IMG/VR virus record: IMGVR_UViG_3300009314_000009
Location: 3,981-67,980 of that record
DNA length: 64,000 bases
Source of the DNA: a virus
Strand: one strand, 5' to 3'
Part shown: in pieces, positions 9,055 to 19,061 of the stretch
Layout of the letters: every line of letters begins with the position of its first letter
Position numbering within the stretch: the stretch's first letter is position 1
Notes under the pieces: model-generated
What the model saw: only the letters and a program-made list of their open reading frames with translations
What the model was told of the DNA's origin: nothing
Databases searched by the model: none
Position numbers and translations under genes: made by a program

Positions 9055-10811
9055 AACATACCACCTTCAGGTTTTTGGGGAGCTCCAGCATATTTGTTAA
9101 ATAAATTTAAAAGCAAATCATTATCATCGCTCACTTCTTTCCCTTCTACAATCTGGTCAACCATCTCCCGTTTAATATCCCAGCTTTCCATAATATCCAT
9201 ATCAACGGTACCTGCAGCCGGTAAGAAAAAAGAACCAACATTGTGTTCTTGTCCAGGCCTTAATAATCTATCTTCAGCCTGATCACTTTCCATAGGACTT
9301 CTGCTTATTTCTGTAAAGCAACAAGTATCACAAATATGTTGCATACCATCTAAACCAGTTCCACCTGATTGGATGTTGGCATCAAAAAATAAGCATTCAG
9401 GGTCCTCTAAAAATCTTTTGAAAGCTGCCTGTTTTTTCTTATTGGACATACCTCCATAATACATTACACTTTCTTTTTTATAACATTCATGTATGTATTC
9501 TACAACGGCCCTATGCCAACTAAATATTACTAATTTTTTCCCCGGGTTAATTTCTTTATAATTATCAATCCATTCAATAACAGATTTCTTTTTAACAGCA
9601 AAAGCACTACTCATCAAACTTTTTATAGCGTTTTGTAATTCAAAAGCTTTCGTGCGGTCTATGTCTTTATGTTCTTCTTTCCAAATAGCAATTTCTTTAT
9701 TCCAAGCAGCCTGATCTATTTCCATAGGGACTACAACGCGGGTTTTTCCAGGGAGCTCTTTTAACACGTCTGCTTTACGATACCTGATCATTACATTTTT
9801 AACGGCTCTGTGTAATGCTTTCGGATCTTTACAACCAGGTTGCTCGTGTTCCCCATAACCATTAGCTTCAATGTTACAATATTTATCTTGGAATCTTTTA
9901 AGTTTTGGAAATCGGTCTTTATCCACTAGATGTAAAGGCAACCAAAATTGACTTGGTTTCGTTTTGATAGGTGTTCCCGAAAGAGGTATAAAATTGGGAA
10001 TTGATTCAGCAATTTCTTTCAAGGCTTTGCCCCTCATTGATTCTATGTTATTACAGAATTGAATTTCATCCCCAATTGAAGTTTTAAAACCAGCCCGTTT
10101 TATAAAATGGAACCAAGAATTAGGTTGAACAACTTTTACTTTTTTAGGTTGAAGAACTCCATATTTTTTATGATACTTTGTTTCAGTTTTAGTAAAAGCC
10201 AATACATCCCAATTCACTACATAGGAAATGTCTTGTTCAAGTGGGTACCCTTTTTGACCGTCTAATATTTTAACAGGTCTTCCAACCCACTCTTTCCAAT
10301 ATTCTGCCCATTGAAGTTTAAGGTTAGCAGGGCACATTATAATAGCTGGTTGATGTTCTCTTCGCATGTGGCAAAATAAAGCTGCTATAACAGATTTACC
10401 TAAAGCCATATCTAAACCAAGTATACCACGACCACCGCGCCAAACCAAAAATTGAAGGCATTCATATTGATAATCCCAAGGCTTCAAACCGTTGACCCCG
10501 GCTATTTCACCTAAATCTATTTGCAACCAGGGTTTGCCTTCAATATTATCATCAAATTCAGGCCCATCACCTTCTATCTCAAAAGCATATAAAGGTGTGT
10601 CAATTAATTCACGGTTTTCTGGTATGTCAGGACATTCCCAAAAATAACCATCTGGATCCCATCTCCATTTTAGATTGGTTCCAGATGGACGTAATTTTTC
10701 ATTTTTGTTTCTTCTTCTAATATCATCAACCATTCCCCCGTCATAAGGAGAAAACAGTTGGAGCATTCCATCAACTTCCCGTGCATATCTGTCATTCAAA
10801 TCAATCGGCAT
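9051..10811 (-). CDS. SNF2-family (HARP/SMARCAL1-like) helicase
   Basis: DMALGKS, DEIQ, LSGTP, GTGLD, QAEDRLLRPGQ. Confidence 0.88.
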   Translation of the reverse strand: MPIDLNDRYAREVDGMLQLFSPYDGGMVDDIRRRNKNEKLRPSGTNLKWRWDPDGYFWECPDIPENRELIDTPLYAFEIEGDGPEFDDNIEGKPWLQIDLGEIAGVNGLKPWDYQYECLQFLVWRGGRGILGLDMALGKSVIAALFCHMRREHQPAIIMCPANLKLQWAEYWKEWVGRPVKILDGQKGYPLEQDISYVVNWDVLAFTKTETKYHKKYGVLQPKKVKVVQPNSWFHFIKRAGFKTSIGDEIQFCNNIESMRGKALKEIAESIPNFIPLSGTPIKTKPSQFWLPLHLVDKDRFPKLKRFQDKYCNIEANGYGEHEQPGCKDPKALHRAVKNVMIRYRKADVLKELPGKTRVVVPMEIDQAAWNKEIAIWKEEHKDIDRTKAFELQNAIKSLMSSAFAVKKKSVIEWIDNYKEINPGKKLVIFSWHRAVVEYIHECYKKESVMYYGGMSNKKKQAAFKRFLEDPECLFFDANIQSGGTGLDGMQHICDTCCFTEISRSPMESDQAEDRLLRPGQEHNVGSFFLPAAGTVDMDIMESWDIKREMVDQIVEGKEVSDDNDLLLNLFNKYAGAPQKPEGGMF

Positions 10812-11118
10812 CTAATCCTTTATACATCAAAATCAATCTTTGTTGGGCTGCTTCTATTTTATTATAATAAGTTTCAACAGTTTTCTGTTTTGCTTTTTCT
10901 TCCGATAATTTATTCAATTCTTCATTATACACATAACGCACTAAATTGGCTGATTCTGTATCATTAAACTTTTGGCAGTCTTCTATTAATGTTTTCATGT
11001 ATGTTGTGTCTTGTTCTAGTTCAAACACAGAAGCTGACACAGAATTTAAATCAGATCCAATTGAACCCCGTTTAGTATTCAACCAATTGATATGATTAAT
11101 TATTTCATCTTTATTCAT
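10801..11118 (-). CDS. Coiled-coil hypothetical protein
   Basis: ORF track; overlaps both neighbours. Confidence 0.6.
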   Translation of the reverse strand: MNKDEIINHINWLNTKRGSIGSDLNSVSASVFELEQDTTYMKTLIEDCQKFNDTESANLVRYVYNEELNKLSEEKAKQKTVETYYNKIEAAQQRLILMYKGLDAD

Positions 11119-11740
11119 CTTCTACCTGCTTCATGTTTTCAAAAATCAAAAAATAACAATGATATTTTCTCGCGTGAATTTGATTTTTTTGATTAGGTGA
11201 AACCATTCGGCTTTTTGCTAACAATATAAACATATCTTTCAAGTAAAAATTCAAATTTTCAGCCTGATTTATTATTTTTACATGACTCCAATATTGCTTC
11301 CTAGACGAAACTACATCTTGGCATTTCACTATTAATTTACCTTTTTGCTTTAAAACTCTGGAAAATTCCTCTAAACATTCATTATACCAAAATAATAGAT
11401 CTTTCATTGATGGGAATTCACCAAATCTGTTTGCAATTAATCCTTGAGATTCTTTTCTACGGCCCCCTATAAAAGGGGGATCGAACATTAATCTTTCTAT
11501 AGAATTATTTTCAAGATATTCCAATTTATTGGCGTTCGATTTTATTACATCAAATCTTTGAGGGAATAAATCTGATTTAAAAACAGGCTCTTCCACACAA
11601 CTTCTTTTGTAAAAAGAACCTATACTAAAAGTAGGGTCACAATCAATTCTTTTACCTTCTAAATGTAAACTAATTATGTTTCTTATCATTTCGCCTTCAT
11701 CATATCCTATTGATTTTATAGGATCAAAAAATAAACTCAT
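11111..11740 (-). CDS. Amino-type (N6-A/N4-C) DNA methyltransferase
   Basis: DPTFSIGSF SAM motif, MFDPPF catalytic motif, RVLKQKGKLIVKCQD. Confidence 0.82.
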   Translation of the reverse strand: MSLFFDPIKSIGYDEGEMIRNIISLHLEGKRIDCDPTFSIGSFYKRSCVEEPVFKSDLFPQRFDVIKSNANKLEYLENNSIERLMFDPPFIGGRRKESQGLIANRFGEFPSMKDLLFWYNECLEEFSRVLKQKGKLIVKCQDVVSSRKQYWSHVKIINQAENLNFYLKDMFILLAKSRMVSPNQKNQIHARKYHCYFLIFENMKQVEDE

Positions 11741-12636
11741 CTTATACCTGCTTCATGTTTTAAAATTCTACAATCTACAAACCCCAATTCATCAGGGTCC
11801 CCTCCATCCCAACGAATGCGCTCAGCAGCCACTCCCATAGAACGAAACTCAGCTACATGCTTTCCAGCTTTATCCCAGGCTTTCTGGTCAGTAGGGTCAA
11901 ACATAAATATTATTTTACGAAAGCTGTTTGCCAACTTGTGTATTTGTGAATCGGTAAGAGCTGATCCAAAACCGGTACCAACACCCTTGCCCATACGATA
12001 AACGTCAAAAGCTCCTTCAACTATACCACAAGTATCTCCTGTCCAATCATCTAAACCAAATATGATATCTTTATAATGGACTAAAGATTCTTCAGGAGTT
12101 GCTGAACGATATCTAAATTTATTGTTGTCTGTTATGTCCCTGGCTTGAAAACTAACTACTCTATGGTTGTAAGTTATTGGCAAAACAATCCTATTTTCCC
12201 AATCAGGCCCGTCCATAACTGTAGTAAAATGTAAATCATATTTTTGGCTTAAAAATTCAGGATTGTAACCCCTGCCCAAAAGATAATCATTGTGCCTTTC
12301 TCTTGCCTCACGGGTACCGGGTATTGTCATCATTTTAGCATTTTGTCGTTTTTCTTTGTAAATTCTGGAATGACCATAACCCCCATAACCTTGAAGGAGT
12401 CCACGGGCTTCCCTTTTGCTGACTTCTAATAATTCAGCTATAACTTCAACAGAAGAAATCCCACCACAGGACCAACAATTGTAACCACCTCTTTTTAAAT
12501 CGAAACCCCCAAAATAATCACGGTCACCACCTTTGTGGTTATGTTTAAAAGGGCAACAGATATTAATCCACCTTGAACTTTTTTGACGGTATTGGATCCT
12601 GAAATCCTTTAAAAATTTAACAACGTCCCAAACCAT
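11737..12636 (-). CDS. DNA primase (Zn finger + TOPRIM)
   Basis: CPF...CWSC, RIVLPI...SFQARDI, VEGAFD, FDP, GDPD. Confidence 0.88.
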   Translation of the reverse strand: MVWDVVKFLKDFRIQYRQKSSRWINICCPFKHNHKGGDRDYFGGFDLKRGGYNCWSCGGISSVEVIAELLEVSKREARGLLQGYGGYGHSRIYKEKRQNAKMMTIPGTREARERHNDYLLGRGYNPEFLSQKYDLHFTTVMDGPDWENRIVLPITYNHRVVSFQARDITDNNKFRYRSATPEESLVHYKDIIFGLDDWTGDTCGIVEGAFDVYRMGKGVGTGFGSALTDSQIHKLANSFRKIIFMFDPTDQKAWDKAGKHVAEFRSMGVAAERIRWDGGDPDELGFVDCRILKHEAGIR

Positions 12637-12738
12637 TTATATACCAAGCCCTCCTTGATATATGTGTTGACTTTCCAACCAACTATCTTTCTCGATTTCT
12701 TTTAAATGATTTTTTATGTAATCATCGCTAAAAATCAT
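12637..12738 (-). CDS. 33-aa hypothetical peptide (not in ORF track)
   Basis: ATGA overlap with the upstream gene; stop abuts the primase ATG. Confidence 0.4.
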   Translation of the reverse strand: MIFSDDYIKNHLKEIEKDSWLESQHIYQGGLGI

Positions 12739-12938
12739 ACTTCAATTTTCCATTCTTTGGTATAATTTCTGAGCCATTGTAATTTGGATATAGCATTATC
12801 ACCTGGCATATAAAAAATCTCAGGTATACCGTGACCTTGTTGAATACATTTAAAACGTAAATCACGCAAAATTTCACTAGCTTTAACTTCAGCTGTTTGG
12901 CTCATTACTTCCGCAAATTTAAAAAAATTTGATTTCAT
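12735..12938 (-). CDS. Small hypothetical protein
   Basis: AGGAGG RBS and class B promoter at 12955-12969. Confidence 0.65.
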   Translation of the reverse strand: MKSNFFKFAEVMSQTAEVKASEILRDLRFKCIQQGHGIPEIFYMPGDNAISKLQWLRNYTKEWKIEV

Positions 12939-12968
12939 ACTTGTCCTCCTGTATTTATTATAAAAAGT

Positions 12969-13544
12969 TCACTTTTTAAACACAAATTCCTTTTCAAATA
13001 CTTGCTTAGATTTTTTTATTTGAGCGTTTTTTATCATTTTATTAATAAATTTATTTTTAGTTTTTTTCTTCATTCTGCCATTTTCCAAATCTTCTAATTG
13101 ATCAAATAAATTATTAGCTCTCAAATATTGTTTTAACTTGCGCAAAGGGTCTTTTCTGATTTGAACCTTTTTAATTTCTTTATCTTTATGTATTTCAAAA
13201 TTTTTCATCTCAGCTTTCAATTTTAAGTAAGCCTTATGTTTGCCAGCAAATTTTAAATATTTAAGTGTTTTCTGTCCGTCACCTCCCAAAATCATATTTA
13301 AAACATTAGGATTTTCTAAAAATTTACGATCTACAATTGCTGCTTCGTAAGCATAAGCTTCAACTGATGTTTTAAATGTTGCTAAAATTTCTTTTTTAAA
13401 TTTACTTGGAGCATATCGTTGTTGCAGATCTTTAATTAACAAACCACTACCCAAGCAGCCATCTTTCATGTTATTCGTGGAATATTTGCCCACATAAAAT
13501 TGCCCAGTAGGCACAAAAATAACCTTGTATACCATGTGAATCAT
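12969..13544 (-). CDS. GIY-YIG endonuclease, Seg-like, with basic C-terminal tail
   Basis: VYKV...FYVGKYST...LGSG...FKKEIL...AYAYEAAIV...NMILGG; the ORF-track extension to 13628 is mostly the tandem repeat. Confidence 0.8.
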   Translation of the reverse strand: MIHMVYKVIFVPTGQFYVGKYSTNNMKDGCLGSGLLIKDLQQRYAPSKFKKEILATFKTSVEAYAYEAAIVDRKFLENPNVLNMILGGDGQKTLKYLKFAGKHKAYLKLKAEMKNFEIHKDKEIKKVQIRKDPLRKLKQYLRANNLFDQLEDLENGRMKKKTKNKFINKMIKNAQIKKSKQVFEKEFVFKK

Positions 13545-13550
13545 TTCAAT

Positions 13551-13620
13551 ACCTGTTACCTTTTTACCTGTTACCTTTTTACCTGTTACCTTTTTACTTG
13601 TTACCTTTTTACTTGTTATC
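13551..13620. repeat. 15-bp tandem repeat, ~4.6 copies
   Basis: AC(C/T)TGTTACCTTTTT four times plus a partial copy. Confidence 0.95.
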
Positions 13621-14171
13621 GCAGTCACTGGGCAGCATAGTTTCCCTAGACCTGTTGCGGTATAGGGAATATGACGCAGTGTACTGTTTCACATTATGTT
13701 CTGAATTGATTGGATATACCGCGAGCCTTTTTACACACTTCACACTCTACAATTCAGCCTATCCAAATAAATCTGGAATGGGGTCGTGTTGCTGAAATTT
13801 CGACAGATAAACTTTTACATAAATGTACTTCAAGCCTTCAGCGCAAGTATCGGGGGCCTGTCTGAAACTGCTCCCCCATGAGCTATTGAACAAAGTTTAA
13901 GATCCAATAACCCACAAATTACTATTCAAGCCCCTTTCAGTTGCCTTCAGAGGTTGTAATTCAATTGAAACTGGTATTTCAGGCCCCAGTTTTTAATAGG
14001 CGTATAGCGTGCAATCTGGCTATCGGTGGAATAAAAAGAGCTGTCACGGGTTTCGTTTCAGTTCTTTCTTCTTCTCGTTCCCTATGCTTATTTTTCCTAA
14101 TGAAGGGGTGGAGATCACCCCGGAACAAAAAGAAAAAAGTAAGCATTATTGCCGGTAGCTACTCCGACTGC
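13621..14171 (-). ncRNA. Candidate large structured non-coding RNA (~550 nt)
   Basis: No credible ORF, raised GC, at least 8 helices, GNRA-type loops, complementary ends GCAGTC/GACTGC, TATAAT box just upstream. Confidence 0.6.
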
Positions 14172-14299
14172 TTATATATATTATATAAATTTATTTACAA
14201 AAGTAGCAATTTTTTATTACATATCTCTTAATTTGTAAAAAGCTTTGAGTTTTTTGCCTGTTTCACTTGATTTTTTAACTTTGTGATACATGTTCCCTC

Positions 14300-14914
14300 C
14301 TACAATTTATTATACGAATAACAAAGTGCTACTGGGTCCTGTTCTGCGTCAAATTTTTCATAAATAAAATAACGCAAATCTCCAAGAGCTCTTTGGAGTC
14401 TCTTTTTGTCCCAGCCCCATTCGCTAACTATGTTGAGTAAGTTATCAATAGTGAGCCGCAATTGACGACCTAAAGCTGTTACAAGGTTCCCCGATACTAT
14501 AACACTGTATATTTTTTTAGCATCTTCTGACAGCTCCGAATAGGCTATATTCAAATCTATGTTTTCTGCGTTGTCAAAAGCTTCCCCGCGATCTTCCTGG
14601 CTTGCGTGACCATCATGGAGTCCAGATCCTGAGTCTTTACTGCGGTCATCCCTTACCAATTTGAATTTATATGCCTTATCTTGAAATTTATACCAGTAAC
14701 GGTAATGTAATTTTTTCAAGTGGGTCCAAAGAACAGTTCCAAAATTAGCACCTTTTTCTGGATCAAAAACTTCCAAAGCTTCGTAAAAAATTAAAGAGCC
14801 CTCTTGGAAAAGATCTTCATATTGATCGGCTGGTGCTTTCAATGTATGTATGGCTTTATGTATCATATTTTTATAACATTTGCCGCCATATGTATATGGT
14901 TTCTGTTTATTCAC
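14300..14914 (-). CDS. Phage RNA polymerase sigma factor (sigma70 region 2)
   Basis: YEDLFQEGSLIFYEALEVFDPEKGANFGT; GGAGG RBS before the GTG at 14914. Confidence 0.75.
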   Translation of the reverse strand: MNKQKPYTYGGKCYKNMIHKAIHTLKAPADQYEDLFQEGSLIFYEALEVFDPEKGANFGTVLWTHLKKLHYRYWYKFQDKAYKFKLVRDDRSKDSGSGLHDGHASQEDRGEAFDNAENIDLNIAYSELSEDAKKIYSVIVSGNLVTALGRQLRLTIDNLLNIVSEWGWDKKRLQRALGDLRYFIYEKFDAEQDPVALCYSYNKL

Positions 14915-15110
14915 TAGAACCTCCACAATCAGTACAAAGATCACTTACGAGGTACGGTCCATTTTCTGCAAATACGAGGTGCGGTCCATTTTCTGATTTG
15001 CAACAATCACAGATTTCTTCACCGCAACAATCGCAAAACTTTATAGAACCTGGTGTAACTTCAGATCCACAACCACTACAGAATTCATTTTTGTCTATTT
15101 GTACGTCCAT
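14907..15110 (-). CDS. Small Cys-rich Zn-binding protein
   Basis: Four CxxC pairs; AGGAGG RBS before the ATG at 15110. Confidence 0.65.
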   Translation of the reverse strand: MDVQIDKNEFCSGCGSEVTPGSIKFCDCCGEEICDCCKSENGPHLVFAENGPYLVSDLCTDCGGSSE

Positions 15111-15190
15111 TTTGTCCTCCTTATTTATCCTTATTTTCAATATAGATAAATAAAAAATAAAAAGGAGATATTTCTTAAAAAATATAACTA
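15111..15190 (-). promoter_or_regulatory. Class A promoter variant
   Basis: TATCTCCTTT (shared with the 7.6 kb copy)...TCTATATTGAAA (shared with the 1.8 and 61.4 kb copies)...AGGAGGACAA. Confidence 0.6.
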
Positions 15191-15212
15191 TTTACTTAAA
15201 TTTTTAGTTATT

Positions 15213-15851
15213 TTAATGATTTTCAACTATATTACCAATTGCGTCAATATAGTAATGACCTGATTTTTCTAATTTGGGTAAAATTTCTTGCTTCCATGTG
15301 TCATGATCTTTGGCTTTTAATAAAAGTTCTTCAGGTGTTTGTTTATACTTATATACTTTTTGTAATTTTGAAAATTTATCATCAGATTTTAACCAAAACC
15401 AGAATAAAGATCGACAGTGATTGTTTTGAAACTTGTTGTCTTCATGTAAAAAATCCATCAAAGTCAAACGTTTTTGCGGCCATACACCTATTAATTCTTG
15501 ATTTAGACGGGCTTTTGTGTATCTATTGCATTGGTGAGCTATGCAATCCCATATTGAATTGTTTGATACAATGATATTTCTATCATTTTTATTGTGTAAT
15601 TTAGTATCATCCATAATAAAATTCACAATAAAGGTACCTTTCACTATTTCATTAATTGCTTGTTTTAAATTATTTAACCATTTTGAATTTTTATTCAAAA
15701 CCTTTGAAAAAGGCAAATTATCAGGATCTAAATCAAAATCTTTCGCATTTTCTTTCCAAAGTTTATTACATTTGTCTACTATGATTTTTGAATTGTTGTA
15801 AATTTCTTCAAGGTTACCACTAGTTTCAATTTCATCAAACAAATTAGACAT
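15213..15851 (-). CDS. Hypothetical protein, first gene of the leftward arm
   Basis: ORF track, GAGG RBS. Confidence 0.7.
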   Translation of the reverse strand: MSNLFDEIETSGNLEEIYNNSKIIVDKCNKLWKENAKDFDLDPDNLPFSKVLNKNSKWLNNLKQAINEIVKGTFIVNFIMDDTKLHNKNDRNIIVSNNSIWDCIAHQCNRYTKARLNQELIGVWPQKRLTLMDFLHEDNKFQNNHCRSLFWFWLKSDDKFSKLQKVYKYKQTPEELLLKAKDHDTWKQEILPKLEKSGHYYIDAIGNIVENH

Positions 15852-15873
15852 AAATACCTCTTTTGCGTTACAT

Positions 15874-15918
15874 TTATTATAAATAGTTGGGAGATTACTT
15901 TGTAATGTTTTATAATAA
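15874..15918. promoter_or_regulatory. Back-to-back class B promoters at the strand switch
   Basis: AACTATTTATAATAA (minus, 15874-15888) and TTTTATAATAA (plus, 15908-15918). Confidence 0.65.
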
Positions 15919-15971
15919 GATTATAAGCATGAAACAATAATTCAAAATGGGATCATTGTGAAGTACATAAT

Positions 15972-17033
15972 ATGAGAGAATTTAAAACCCCTATAAGTTT
16001 ACGTGGCGATCATTATTATTGCCCACTCAGTCTCCAAATAGATAGTTATTGGAACTGTGAACCGGGTTGCATCTCTTGTTATCTTCGGAAAATGAACAGA
16101 ACCTGGGGACAAGAACAACGTGTAACTGATCCTGAAAATGTAAGGAAAAAACTCACCAGTGGTATGAACAGCAAAAACCCAAAGACACCATTGGCTCACG
16201 CCCTCAAAAATAAAAATACTATAAGATTGGGCAATAAAACTGATCCTTTTCAAAACATAGAAAAAACAAAAAGGATTAGCAGCAGAATAATTGGAGTTAT
16301 GGAAGATCTTGATTGGAGTTATGTTGTACAAACTAAATATGTTGCTAATGTAGTGCCTGTTTTCCATAAAATAAAAGTAGGTACATTAATGCCTATAGTT
16401 TCCCCGGGGCTTGAGATGGATTGGGAATTGTTTGAAAAATGTAAAACAACCAACCCTATAGACCGTTTGAGACTTCTTAACGTGTTTAACCGTGAACACG
16501 ATATTCAAGGTGGTGTTAATGGTGAGCCTTTTATTCCTGGGTATCATTCTGAAAGAGATTTTGAACAAACTTTAAAATTATTGAAAACATATAATATTAA
16601 ATCATACAACACTTATCATCTTCATTTTAATGATTTAGTTGCTAAAAATTTCCATGAAGCTGGTTTAGATATTGAATTAATATGGAAAATGAACCAAGAT
16701 GAGAATTGGAAACCTATTCTACAAAATCTTATTGACCTTGCTAAAAAATATGATATAATATTGGGTTGTCCGGATTTCGTCAACAGTGGTTTGTACCAAG
16801 AAAAAACAAATACTTGTTGCGGTTTAAATGTACCTAACCCAACCAAGTTCACTATGATTGAATGGAAGAAAAAGATGCTGTGGGAAGGTAAAACAGCACA
16901 ACAGGCCATAGATGAAACTTGGGATGGGGTAGGGGATAGGCAAGAAGCTCTTGACATTTTAACTAATAAACAAAAAGATATGTATACAATTAAAGATATT
17001 GAAATCGAAACAAAGAAAGGTGGTCTGTTTTGA
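15972..17033 (+). CDS. Radical SAM enzyme A, spore photoproduct lyase-like
   Basis: DSYWNCEPGCISCY (CxxxCxxC), RLGNKTDPFQ, QTK, EPFIPG. Confidence 0.88.
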   Translation: MREFKTPISLRGDHYYCPLSLQIDSYWNCEPGCISCYLRKMNRTWGQEQRVTDPENVRKKLTSGMNSKNPKTPLAHALKNKNTIRLGNKTDPFQNIEKTKRISSRIIGVMEDLDWSYVVQTKYVANVVPVFHKIKVGTLMPIVSPGLEMDWELFEKCKTTNPIDRLRLLNVFNREHDIQGGVNGEPFIPGYHSERDFEQTLKLLKTYNIKSYNTYHLHFNDLVAKNFHEAGLDIELIWKMNQDENWKPILQNLIDLAKKYDIILGCPDFVNSGLYQEKTNTCCGLNVPNPTKFTMIEWKKKMLWEGKTAQQAIDETWDGVGDRQEALDILTNKQKDMYTIKDIEIETKKGGLF

Positions 17034-17656
17034 AAAATGATAAAAACTACAAAGATGTGCTGAAAGTTTCCAAAAGAGGCTCAGATTGGAATTCACAAAA
17101 AGCAATTTTTGAAAAAATATTCAAAGCAATCAAAGATGGAAGTGGAGCTCTTGGTACATTTTTAGATCTCACTTGTGGTGTTGGTGCAATATTTAAAAAA
17201 CTTGTAGATGATTTTCAGTTCAAAAAATGGATTGGGCTTGAAATAAGCGAATGTTGTTTGGAAGAATGGGAACTTTTAAAAGAAAAATACAAAGATCAAG
17301 TTGAAATTGAAACTTTATTAATGAGTTGTTTTGATTATCGTAGTGAAGATCCAATACAAATTGCTTATTTATCTTTCAACACTTTCTCGTTGCACAAAAA
17401 ACACGAAGAAACTTGGAGCAAAATTGAAACATTTTTAAAAAATAATGATATTGAACATTTTGTATTCGCTGACACTGCTTCAATGTGGTTCAAAATACGT
17501 GGTCACGGTGGTCCATATGATGTTGAAGATTGGGATGAGTACGTTGAGAAAATGGAAGATACCTTATCAGAAATAACAAATCACTCGTATGAACTACAAT
17601 TAGCTGAAAGATTCAGTTCTAAAAAATGTGCTATCTTTCATTTCAAAAAGGTTTAA
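17030..17656 (+). CDS. Class I SAM-dependent methyltransferase-fold protein
   Basis: FLDLTCGVG motif I, WIGLEIS motif II. Confidence 0.7.
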   Translation: MKNDKNYKDVLKVSKRGSDWNSQKAIFEKIFKAIKDGSGALGTFLDLTCGVGAIFKKLVDDFQFKKWIGLEISECCLEEWELLKEKYKDQVEIETLLMSCFDYRSEDPIQIAYLSFNTFSLHKKHEETWSKIETFLKNNDIEHFVFADTASMWFKIRGHGGPYDVEDWDEYVEKMEDTLSEITNHSYELQLAERFSSKKCAIFHFKKV

Positions 17657-17657
17657 T

Positions 17658-19061
17658 ATGAATTACTGGGATTACAGAAAAAAAGCTATTAAACTTGCCC
17701 CCCGCATGACTACTCTTTCAGGTAAAGGGGAAGGGTTCAAAATGAAAGAAAAGGGCAGGAAAAGCAATTATCACCAATACTCTATTAAAGAAAGAACCAA
17801 TGTGAAAATGGAACGTTTGTTAGATACTGAAACAATTGGTTCTTTCGCTGAAGTCTCTCTCCGTGCCCAAAGCTGTCCCATGCCTCTTAACATAGATGTA
17901 TGGGACGGCTTGACTTGTCCAATGGGTTGTAAATACTGTTTTGCTGATTATTTCAGACACAGCCTTTACACTTCTTTTTTTGACAACGGGAAAACTTTAG
18001 GGTTAAGAAGTTGCAACGCAAATGATTATAAAAATCGGCTTGATGAATTATTCAAGCACCGTGGTGAAAAAACTTCTTGGGATAAGAATGAATTGGTCAA
18101 CGCTATACGGCTTCAAATACCTATTCGGTTGGGAATACGTTTTGAAGATTTCCCTCCAATAGAACGTGAAAAAGGTGTTGCATTACAATTACTGGATTAT
18201 TTGGCTGATAACAAATACCCATTAATGATCAACACCAAATCAGTTATCCCGGGTGAAGATAAATATTTGAATGCTCTTGCCAGAAATCCGGCAGGGACTG
18301 CGATTCACTACACTCTAATAAGTAGTGATGACACGTTTCTCCGGAAAATAGAGCCCGGGGCACCTACGTTCAAACAACGGCTCAATTCAATGAAAAGACT
18401 GGCTGAAGCCGGTGTAAGGGTCGTGGCTCGTATAGAACCATGGATGTTTTTATTAAATGATAGCAAGGATATGGTTGATCATTACATAGGAGAACTCAAA
18501 GCTGCTGGGGTCCGGCATATGACTTTTGACAGTTACAGCTACTCAGCAAATTCAAAGGGGCTTGAAACTAATTTCAGAAATTTAGGCATTGATTTCAGAA
18601 GGATGTTTTTGATTAGCTCCGATAGCCAGTGGCTCAGCAGCTTACTTTTAGGTAAATTTATCCAATATTTCCGGGATAATGGGATGGAGTGTTCCACTTT
18701 TGACCAAGGCAATGCCCCGGATAATGACGACATGATTTGTTGTTCTGTGGGGGATAAGTTTGAAGATTATGGATTCAATTGGGGGTCCGGAGTAACCGCA
18801 ATAAAATTTATACAATCACGGGGAATGACCCCAACTACATGGGGGCACTTTATTAAATGGATTGAGGAAAAAGGTGGATTTTTATCCAAACAACTCCATG
18901 ATGATGTCAAATTGCTTTGGAATGGGCGAGGTGATGGAGCGTGGCCTATTTATTGGAGTTGGGGATTGGAAGCTATTGGTCAAAACTCTGAAGGCACTAT
19001 TTGGAGATTTAACCGTGAACATGATTTTAGAGAAGAATACTGGAGGCAATTATGCGATTAA
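17658..19061 (+). CDS. Radical SAM enzyme B, SPL-like paralogue
   Basis: TCPMGCKYCF (CxxxCxxC), RLGIRFEDF, INTKS, IEPGAPTFKQRL, RIEPW. Confidence 0.9.
   Translation: MNYWDYRKKAIKLAPRMTTLSGKGEGFKMKEKGRKSNYHQYSIKERTNVKMERLLDTETIGSFAEVSLRAQSCPMPLNIDVWDGLTCPMGCKYCFADYFRHSLYTSFFDNGKTLGLRSCNANDYKNRLDELFKHRGEKTSWDKNELVNAIRLQIPIRLGIRFEDFPPIEREKGVALQLLDYLADNKYPLMINTKSVIPGEDKYLNALARNPAGTAIHYTLISSDDTFLRKIEPGAPTFKQRLNSMKRLAEAGVRVVARIEPWMFLLNDSKDMVDHYIGELKAAGVRHMTFDSYSYSANSKGLETNFRNLGIDFRRMFLISSDSQWLSSLLLGKFIQYFRDNGMECSTFDQGNAPDNDDMICCSVGDKFEDYGFNWGSGVTAIKFIQSRGMTPTTWGHFIKWIEEKGGFLSKQLHDDVKLLWNGRGDGAWPIYWSWGLEAIGQNSEGTIWRFNREHDFREEYWRQLCD

Noticed and set aside
13621-14171. Group I intron hosting the GIY-YIG gene, tmRNA or RNase P
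   Set aside because: No interrupted host gene on either side and no recognisable catalytic core, tRNA-like ends or RNase P consensus; kept only as an unknown ncRNA
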